Origin: Thermoanaerobaculia bacterium
GTDB taxonomy: Bacteria > Acidobacteriota > Thermoanaerobaculia > Multivoradales > JAGPDF01
Reading direction: 5' to 3'
NCBI GenBank assembly: GCA_963699245.1
Contig: OY969426.1
Span: 1,048,695 to 1,112,694 of the forward strand
Length of the DNA: 64,000 nt
Shown here: piece by piece, positions 57,575 through 64,000 of the stretch
How the letters are laid out: every line of letters begins with the position of its first letter
How positions within the stretch are numbered: the first letter of the stretch is position 1
The notes under the pieces: generated by a model
Seen by the model: only the letters and a program-made list of their open reading frames with translations
Told to the model about the DNA's origin: nothing
Database searches by the model: none
Made by a program: the position numbers and the translations under genes

Positions 57575-58359
57575 TCGACGTTCTCGGTCCGCTCGACCCG
57601 GCCATCCTCGAGCCGGATCGCGGTGAGCGACTCGCCCCAGGCGCAGCCGGTGTCGATCGCCCAGAAGCCCTCGCGCTTCAGCAGGCCGAGCGCCGCCCAG
57701 TGGCCGCAGACGATCCGCGTGCCGGCGGAGCGCCTCGCCGGCGCATCGAACCAGGGGAAGCGGCCCGGCGGCAGGCCGGCGAGCGTGCCGGTGTAGTCGT
57801 AGGTCGGACGTCCGGCCCCGTCGACCGTGCGCATCAGCGTGAGGACGCGCAGGTCGGCCAGCAGCCCGACATCGACTTCGGGCGCGGCTTCGGCGCGCGG
57901 CCGGTAGGCCGCGAGATAGGCGCTGCCCGCGGGCGAGCGGAGAATGCCTTCGAGCCGCCGAGCCCGCCGCTCCGCCTCCTCGACGCTCCAGCCGGCGAGC
58001 AACCCCGCGTGAACCAGCAACCGCTCGCCGTCGCGGACGAGAAGCGGCCGGTTCGTCGTCCATTCGACGAGCGCGTCGCGATCGGGCGCCGCGAGCAGCG
58101 CTTCGAGGCTGTCGTGGCGCCGCGCCGGCACCAGCTCCGCGGCGCGGGCGAGAAAGTGGAGGTCGTGATTGCCCAGCACGACGACGGCCCGATCGCCGAG
58201 CTCGGCCACGAAGCGCAGCGTCTCGAGCGATCGCGGGCCACGGTTCACCAGATCCCCGACGAACCAGTAGCGGTCGGCGGCCGCCGTCTCCGGGCGCGCC
58301 AGCAGCGCCCGCAGCGAGCGGTAACAGCCGTGAACGTCGCCGATTGCCCAGGTCGCCAT
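57562..58359 (-). CDS. apaH: bis(5'-nucleosyl)-tetraphosphatase, symmetrical
   Basis: 265 aa from ATG 58359. The motifs are MATWAIGDVHGCY, FVGDLVNRGP and LGNHDLH. These are close to canonical ApaH. Confidence 0.9.
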   Translation of the reverse strand: MATWAIGDVHGCYRSLRALLARPETAAADRYWFVGDLVNRGPRSLETLRFVAELGDRAVVVLGNHDLHFLARAAELVPARRHDSLEALLAAPDRDALVEWTTNRPLLVRDGERLLVHAGLLAGWSVEEAERRARRLEGILRSPAGSAYLAAYRPRAEAAPEVDVGLLADLRVLTLMRTVDGAGRPTYDYTGTLAGLPPGRFPWFDAPARRSAGTRIVCGHWAALGLLKREGFWAIDTGCAWGESLTAIRLEDGRVERTENVEWPR

Positions 58360-58485
58360 GGTGGTCTTCCGCGCCGCACAGTCTACGAATTCGCGCCGGC
58401 CGCCGGCGCCGGATCCGATCCCCACCCGGCGGAGTGGGGCGCCGGCGAAGAGATCTGGCGAGCATCGCGCGGATAAGATGCCTCC

Positions 58486-59202
58486 ATGGCTTCCGAGCGC
58501 TCGATCTCCCCGTTCGCCGCCCTGGTCCTCGCCGTCGGCCTCGCCGCCTGCGGCTGGTTCGTCGGCGGCGGCATCCGCTATTTCAAGAACGCCGAGCGCT
58601 ACGTCAGCGTCAAGGGACTCGCCGAGCAGGACGTCGCCGCCAACCTGGCCATCTGGCCGATCGTCTTCTCGGTCTCCGGCAACGACCTCTCCGAGCTGCA
58701 GCTCCAGCTCGAGAGCGACGCCCGCAAGATCGCCGACTACCTGAAGAACCAGGGCTTCGGCGACGAGGAGTTTTCGCTCTCGGCGCCGCGGGTGACCGAC
58801 AACGCGGCGCAGGGGGGAGTCGACGGCCGCGTGCCGCGCGAGCGCTACCTGGTCGAGGCGACGACCATCCTGCGCACCCCGAAGGTCAACGAGGCGCGGC
58901 GCGCCATGGAGCGCTCCGGCGCCCTGGTCAAAGAGGGCGTGCGCCTGCTCCGCAGCTGGGAGTACAACACCCAGTACTTCTTCACCGACCTCGACAAGGT
59001 CAAGCCCGAGATGATCGCGCAGGCGACCGCCGACGCCCGCCGCGCGGCCGAGAAGTTCGCGCAGGACTCCGGCGCCAAGGTGGGCGGCATCCGGCGGGCC
59101 CAACAGGGGTACTTCTCGATCGAGGACCGCGATCCCTTCTCCCCCGAGTGGAAGAAGATCCGCGTCGTGACCTCGATCGACTACTTCCTGGTCGGCGACT
59201 GA
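58486..59202 (+). CDS. SIMPL (DUF541) domain protein
   Basis: 238 aa. It has an N-terminal TM/signal and then a SIMPL-like pattern (VSVKGLAEQDVAANLAIW...VGGIRRAQQGYFSIED). Confidence 0.75.
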   Translation: MASERSISPFAALVLAVGLAACGWFVGGGIRYFKNAERYVSVKGLAEQDVAANLAIWPIVFSVSGNDLSELQLQLESDARKIADYLKNQGFGDEEFSLSAPRVTDNAAQGGVDGRVPRERYLVEATTILRTPKVNEARRAMERSGALVKEGVRLLRSWEYNTQYFFTDLDKVKPEMIAQATADARRAAEKFAQDSGAKVGGIRRAQQGYFSIEDRDPFSPEWKKIRVVTSIDYFLVGD

Positions 59203-59259
59203 CGCCCGCAGCGAAACGCTCGCGCAGCGGAGGACCTCCTTGTCCGGCAGCATCGCTTC

Positions 59260-60288
59260 ATGTCTCAATTCGGCGGCCTGATGCTGATCGACATCCACGG
59301 ACTCGTCATCGCGTGTGACGCCGGCTCGACCGAGGCCGAGCTGGCGCTGACCCGTCCGTTCGCCTTCTTCCGGGTGTCGTCGGGCGAACCGCTCGCCCTG
59401 GTCCGCGTCGAGCCGGTCGAGCCGCCGTACGGCGACTTTCCCGCCCTTTCCGCGCAGTTCTCGACGCCCCGCAACGTCGTCTACCGGCACGGCCGGCTCA
59501 AGATCGTCGACTACTTCGGGCGCGGCGCCGTGGTGCACGATCCCGACCGCGCCACGTACACGATCTACTCGAGCGACGCCAATCTCCGGCAGGAGTCGTT
59601 CTACCTCCTCGTCCTCTCGCTTCTCGGCCAGCACTGCGACCGCGTCGGCCGGCTGCGCGTGCACGCGCTGGCGCTCTCCGCCGCCGACCGCGCGTTTCTC
59701 TTTCTGATGCCGCCGGGATCGGGAAAGTCGACGCTGGCGCTCGGCATGATGCGCCAGGGCAACGTGCGCTACATCTCCGACGACGACCCGCTGTTCGACC
59801 CGGCGCGCGGCATCCTCTGCTTTCCGCGCTCGCTGGGCATCCTCGACCGGCGCAGCATCGCGGAAGTCCCCGACCGCTTCGTCTCGCGCGTCGACCGGAT
59901 GGAATTCGGCACCAAGTACTTCCTCGACGCCGACTACTTCGGCGACCGCATCGAGACGCGCGCGCTCGACCGGATCGCCATGGTCACCGTCCGCCGGGTG
60001 CTGAACGGCGAGCCGTCGATCGAACCCTCGAGCCGCCGCGCCGTCCTGCGCGCGCTGATCCGCGACGCCGTGCTCGGCATCGGTCTCTACCAGGGCATCG
60101 AGTTCCTGGTGCAGCGCTCCTCCTCCGAAGTCTTCGCCCGCCTGCCGATCCTGCTCCGCCGGACGATGCTCGCGGTCCGCCTCGCGCACCGCGCGCGCCC
60201 GTTCCGGCTGACCGCGAACCGCGATCGCGACGGCGTGCGCCGCGCGGTCGAGGAGTTCGTCGAGCGGCAGAGCCGGGCGAGCTGGTGA
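59260..60288 (+). CDS. HPr kinase-like (HprK C-terminal domain-related) P-loop protein
   Basis: 342 aa. The central segment is LRVHALALSAADRAFLFLMPPGSGKSTLALGMM...YISDD. This is the P-loop context seen in HprK-related kinases. No PTS genes are nearby. Confidence 0.65.
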   Translation: MSQFGGLMLIDIHGLVIACDAGSTEAELALTRPFAFFRVSSGEPLALVRVEPVEPPYGDFPALSAQFSTPRNVVYRHGRLKIVDYFGRGAVVHDPDRATYTIYSSDANLRQESFYLLVLSLLGQHCDRVGRLRVHALALSAADRAFLFLMPPGSGKSTLALGMMRQGNVRYISDDDPLFDPARGILCFPRSLGILDRRSIAEVPDRFVSRVDRMEFGTKYFLDADYFGDRIETRALDRIAMVTVRRVLNGEPSIEPSSRRAVLRALIRDAVLGIGLYQGIEFLVQRSSSEVFARLPILLRRTMLAVRLAHRARPFRLTANRDRDGVRRAVEEFVERQSRASW

Positions 60289-61679
60289 CTGCCGGCGCCC
60301 ACCTGCCCCGGCTGCCGCGGGCTCCCCTGCTGCCCGGGATGCTCGGCACGCTCAAGGAGGGCCTGCGCGGACTCGATCGCCACGCCTGGTTCCGCGCCCC
60401 GGCGCTGGCGCTCGTCGAGGCGATGAACCGCGACACCTTCCGCCACCTGCGGCGCGAGCCCGCGATCGCCGACGTCTTCGTCAAGGGGAGCTTCGTGCGC
60501 GGCCCCTTCCGGCCGCTGGCGAGCGACGTCGACCTCGTCCTGGTGCTGCGCGACGCGGCGCTCCGCGAGCCGGTCGACGACCTGCGCCGGGTCTTCGCCG
60601 CGCTCGCCGCCGCACGCCGCCGCAACCTGAGCGTGCGCGACTGGTGGCAGCACGTGATCCTGGAGAGCGAGCTGCCGCTGGTGCGCCGATTCTGGGCGCT
60701 CTACGGCGCCGACGAATGGCGCGACGCGAGCGGCGCGCCGCCGCTGGCCACCGACGGCACCGCCGATCTTCCGGCGCTCGTCCTCGCGCAGTGGTACCAG
60801 CAGTGCCTCTGGTCGGGCTCGGCAGTACAGAAGTACCTCGACCCCGCCTCGACCGTGCACGACCTGCGTGCCGGGCTGCGCAAGGCCGCCTTCTTCGCGA
60901 GCCGGCTGGCGTTGCTCGACGATCTCGGGGAGGCGCGCCTCGGCGCCGGCGATCTCTTCGCGCTCCGTTGCCGCCACGCGCGCGAGATCGACGCGGCCTG
61001 GCGGCCGCCAGGCCGGGCGAGCGCCGAACGGCTTCCGGCGCTGGTCGACATGATGCGAGCGCTCGAGGCCAGCGCGCGGCGCCTCGGCGCGACGAGCGCC
61101 GGCGGCGATGCCGGTTTCCGTTTCGCGAGCAACGGCGCTCTCTATCTCGGCCTGCGCGAGGGGCTGACCGACGCCGAGCTGGCGGCGGAGCTCGACGCGC
61201 TTCGACGACGCGGCGACGCGGGCCCCGTCGTCACCTGGCTGGTACCGGCGCTCGCCTGGAGGCTCTGGCCGCGCCCCTGCGCCGAAGAGCGCTTCCCCGG
61301 CGACGAAGGCTCGATCGACGTCGGCTTCCGGCAGCGCCTCCATCTCTTCGAGACCCTCTTCCTGCCGAGCTCCCTGCGCCTCGCGCTCTCCTTTCCCGAC
61401 GCCGACGCGCGGCTGCGCCGTCATCTGTGGACGCTCCTGCGCGCCTGGCTGCTCCACGCGCGCGATCGCTGGGCAGGGACGCGCGGCGACCTGGCGCGCG
61501 AGCTCCTCTCCTCCGGAACCGGCAACGAGCGGCTCGACAGCGAGCTCCGCCCGCTGCTGGCGAGCGCCGGCGGCGCCTCGAGTGAGCTGTCGACCCGCGC
61601 GGCCTTGTCGCTCGGCGAGGCGATCGTGCGCGAAATCGGCGCCGTCCTCCCCCGCTTCGCGGCCGGAGCTCCCCCGTGA
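60285..61679 (+). CDS. nucleotidyltransferase-domain protein with a large helical C-terminal extension
   Basis: 464 aa. GTG overlaps the upstream stop (GTGA). The minimal NTase motif is VFVKGSFVRGPFRPLASDVDLVLVL. Confidence 0.6.
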   Translation: MTAGAHLPRLPRAPLLPGMLGTLKEGLRGLDRHAWFRAPALALVEAMNRDTFRHLRREPAIADVFVKGSFVRGPFRPLASDVDLVLVLRDAALREPVDDLRRVFAALAAARRRNLSVRDWWQHVILESELPLVRRFWALYGADEWRDASGAPPLATDGTADLPALVLAQWYQQCLWSGSAVQKYLDPASTVHDLRAGLRKAAFFASRLALLDDLGEARLGAGDLFALRCRHAREIDAAWRPPGRASAERLPALVDMMRALEASARRLGATSAGGDAGFRFASNGALYLGLREGLTDAELAAELDALRRRGDAGPVVTWLVPALAWRLWPRPCAEERFPGDEGSIDVGFRQRLHLFETLFLPSSLRLALSFPDADARLRRHLWTLLRAWLLHARDRWAGTRGDLARELLSSGTGNERLDSELRPLLASAGGASSELSTRAALSLGEAIVREIGAVLPRFAAGAPP

Positions 61680-62608
61680 GCCGCGCGCCCGCCGCTCCTC
61701 TCTATTCGCTGGTCGTGATGACGCGCGACCGGCCGGCGGGACTCCGCCGCTGCCTCGAGTCGATCGCGCGTCTCGACTGGAGCGGACCGCCCCCGGAAGT
61801 CGTGGTAGTCGACGACGGCTCCCGCGAGCCCAGCCGCGCGATCGCAGAAGACTTCGCCGGGCGACTCCGGCTGCGCTACGAGTACCAGGAGAACCGCGGC
61901 GTCGCGGCGGCGCGCAACCGCGGGCTCGAGCTCGCCACGGGCAGCTTCGTCGGCTTCCTCGCCGACGACTATCGCCTCCCCGCCGACTACCTGCGTCAGG
62001 TCGACGCCTTCTTCCGCGGGCATCCGGCGGCGCAGGCAATCAGCTTCAGCATCGCCCCGGCGGATCGCGGCCCCTTCCGCGGCGTGCAGGCGCTCTACCA
62101 GCGGCTGGCGCTGGCGCAGTACCTGCGGCTCGAGACCGAACCGCCGGCGGTCGTCGAGAGCCTCGCTCTGCCGGCCTCGCGCGCCGCCGTCTTCCGGCGG
62201 CAGCTCTTCGACCGCGTCGGGCGGTTCGACGAGGCGCTCGCGGTGGGCGAGGACGGCGACTTCGGCCGGCGCATGGCGGCGCTGGGCATTCCGGTCCATC
62301 TCTTCCTGAAGCAGGCGGTCGAGCACCACGAGGGACTCGGGCTCGGCGGTTATCTGAAACAGCGCCTGCGCTACGGACGGAGCTTCGTCCGCGTCCTCGG
62401 CGGCGGCCCGGCGCGCCCGACGCTCGATCGCCTGGGCGCGATCGGCGTCCCCGTCTGCGCCGCGACCAAGATGCGCGAATGGTGGACGGTGGCCGGCCGG
62501 ATGGGCGAGCGCGGCCACTTCGTCGCCCTGGCGCCCTTTCTCTTCGGCTTCCTCGCCTTCTTCTATCTCGGCGCGCTGCGCGAGCTGCGCGAGCAGCGGC
62601 CGGAATGA
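61676..62608 (+). CDS. glycosyltransferase family 2
   Basis: 310 aa with a GTGA overlap. GT-A motifs are YSLVVMTRDRP, VVVVDDGS, NRGVAAARNRG, FLADDY and GEDGDF. Confidence 0.85.
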   Translation: MSRAPAAPLYSLVVMTRDRPAGLRRCLESIARLDWSGPPPEVVVVDDGSREPSRAIAEDFAGRLRLRYEYQENRGVAAARNRGLELATGSFVGFLADDYRLPADYLRQVDAFFRGHPAAQAISFSIAPADRGPFRGVQALYQRLALAQYLRLETEPPAVVESLALPASRAAVFRRQLFDRVGRFDEALAVGEDGDFGRRMAALGIPVHLFLKQAVEHHEGLGLGGYLKQRLRYGRSFVRVLGGGPARPTLDRLGAIGVPVCAATKMREWWTVAGRMGERGHFVALAPFLFGFLAFFYLGALRELREQRPE

Positions 62609-63414
62609 GAGCCGACTGGGCCCTGCTCACCGCCTGGCAGGCGGCGCGCCGCCTGGTGCGCCGCGCGCCCGGCCGGCCCTTGCGGATCGCCGGCCTGATG
62701 GCGGTGCGCGACTACACGGACGAGCTCGGCGCCTTCGACGCCTTGATGCGACTCTGCGATTTCACCATCGTCCTCGACGACAACTCGACCGAGCCCTTTC
62801 CGCATCGCGAGCGCTGCGACGAGTTCCTGCGCCTCGAGAATCGCGAGCCCTGGAACGACCAGGCGAACCGGACGCTGTTGATGTACCGCGCCTTCGCGCA
62901 CGGCTGCGACTGGACGATCTCGATCGACCACGATCTCGCCTTCTCGCACGGCTTCCGCACCCGCGACGACGCGGCGGCGCTGATCCGGGAGCTCGAGAAC
63001 GGCGGCAGGGATGTCTGTCGCTTTCCCTTGCGCGAGCTCTGGGAGTCATGGAACCAGTGGCGCAGCGACGGCATCTGGGGACGCAAGTCGATCGCCGTGC
63101 TGCGGCGCAACTGGTTCACCTCTCCGGCGATCACCCTCAAGGAGCCGCGCCTGCGGCTGCACACCGCTCCATTCCCGGCCAACCTCGGCCAGCGGCTGCG
63201 CATCGAGACCCGCCATGTCGCCTATCACTCCGGCTGCCGGACGCTGGCCGATCGCCGGGCGCGCGTCGAAAAGTACGCGCACGAGGATCCCCTCCACGAG
63301 TTCCAGCGTGACTATGCCTACATGATCGACGACCGGGGTCTCGAGCTGCGGCCGTTGCCGCCGGAGGATCTCGCCGCGATCGCCGAGCTGCGGCGCGCCG
63401 CTGGAGGCGGATGA
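62605..63414 (+). CDS. GT-A-fold glycosyltransferase-like protein
   Basis: 269 aa with an ATGA overlap. It contains IAGLMAVRDYTDELGAFDALMRLCDFTIVLDDNSTEP and a later SIDHD (DxD-like). Confidence 0.5.
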   Translation: MRADWALLTAWQAARRLVRRAPGRPLRIAGLMAVRDYTDELGAFDALMRLCDFTIVLDDNSTEPFPHRERCDEFLRLENREPWNDQANRTLLMYRAFAHGCDWTISIDHDLAFSHGFRTRDDAAALIRELENGGRDVCRFPLRELWESWNQWRSDGIWGRKSIAVLRRNWFTSPAITLKEPRLRLHTAPFPANLGQRLRIETRHVAYHSGCRTLADRRARVEKYAHEDPLHEFQRDYAYMIDDRGLELRPLPPEDLAAIAELRRAAGGG

Positions 63415-64000
63415 ACCGCGCCGCCGGCGGCGTTCTCCTCGTCGCGCTGCTGGCGAGCGGCTGCCGGGCGCCCGCCGTGTCGCCCGCGGAGAGCGCTGCC
63501 GCGATCCGCTCTCTTTGCTTCGCGCCGCCGGCGCTCGCCCTCCCCGATGCGGCGATCGGCGCCCGCGTCGCCGACCTCACCCGCGATCTCGACGGCCCCG
63601 CGGCGCCCTGGATCCGCGCCCTGATGACGCACGAGAGCGGCGGCGATGCCTCGGCGATCTCGCCCACCGGCTGCGCCGGCCCGCTGGCGCTGGCGGGTTG
63701 CCGGGGCTGCACGCCCTGTTGTCGCGCCGACGCCGGCGACGGTTCGGCCGCTTTCTACGATCGTTGCCGCTCCGAGGCGACCGCGGGCTACCTCTGCGAT
63801 CGCTCGCTCGATCCCCGATTCCGGCCGAAATTCGCCTTGGCGGTCGCGGCGGCGAAGCTCGCGACACTCGAGCGCCGCCTCGCCGCCGCGCCTCCCGGCA
63901 GCTTCGCCTATCCGGCCGCGCTGGCGACGAGCTGGAATGCCGGGCCGGGCGTCTTCGCCGATTTTCCCGCCGGCCTCGTCTCGGCCGAGCGAGCGATCGA
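63411..64000 (+). CDS. lipoprotein with a lytic transglycosylase (SLT)-like domain, 3' end outside the window
   Basis: ATG at 63411 overlaps the upstream stop (ATGA). The lipobox is LLASGC. It has the SLT-like HESGGDASAISPTGCAGPLAL and later SWNAGPG. It is open to the window end and absent from the ORF track. Confidence 0.55.
   Translation, partial: MNRAAGGVLLVALLASGCRAPAVSPAESAAAIRSLCFAPPALALPDAAIGARVADLTRDLDGPAAPWIRALMTHESGGDASAISPTGCAGPLALAGCRGCTPCCRADAGDGSAAFYDRCRSEATAGYLCDRSLDPRFRPKFALAVAAAKLATLERRLAAAPPGSFAYPAALATSWNAGPGVFADFPAGLVSAERAI

Noticed and set aside
57562-60189. 875-aa minus-strand ORF
   Set aside because: Only the last 265 aa (ApaH, from ATG 58359) are real. The remainder is antisense to the SIMPL and HprK-like genes and has Arg/Asp/Gly-biased composition.

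Overview
This is gene-dense bacterial chromosomal DNA, roughly 70% G+C by eye. I see about 55 protein-coding genes and 3 tRNAs. I see no rRNA, no CRISPR array, and no transposase, integrase or phage gene. Most of the content is housekeeping. It includes a Dpp/Opp-type peptide ABC importer (6.7-12.2 kb), tatA/tatC, an S41 C-terminal processing protease, an HDAC-family deacetylase and an ECF-type sigma factor. It also includes rpmG with tRNA-Asp and tRNA-Val, and an Fe/Mn superoxide dismutase. A co-directional block tRNA(CAT)-GT87-tilS-ftsH-folP-cdaA-cdaR-glmM spans 18.1-26.6 kb. Further along are pdxJ, a sigma54-dependent response regulator beside a large DUF4388/PATAN-domain protein, and ligA coupled to a UshA-like 5'-nucleotidase and an M49-like peptidase. 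The rest comprises an RND efflux operon followed by an ECF sigma/anti-sigma module, then sdhCAB, pcnB, a GGDEF cyclase and apaH. Four things deserve a second look. (1) There are 19 reading-frame breaks, concentrated in ftsH-folP-cdaA-cdaR (10) and ligA (7), with single breaks in pdxJ and sdhA. The broken genes are otherwise perfectly conserved, so these look like consensus errors rather than decay. (2) Two uncharacterised, translationally coupled operons lie at the window ends. One (217-6553) encodes an unknown protein, a transporter-HEAT-cNMP fusion and an AsnB-like enzyme without the catalytic Cys. The other (59260-64000) encodes an HprK-like kinase, a nucleotidyltransferase, two glycosyltransferases and an SLT-like lipoprotein. 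(3) A 1.9 kb gene at about 60% G+C (26.7-28.5 kb) encodes a polytopic membrane protein. (4) One ECF sigma gene has a conserved N-terminus with no canonical start codon. All functional calls come from motif and sequence recognition by eye. No database search, HMM scan or folding calculation was possible.
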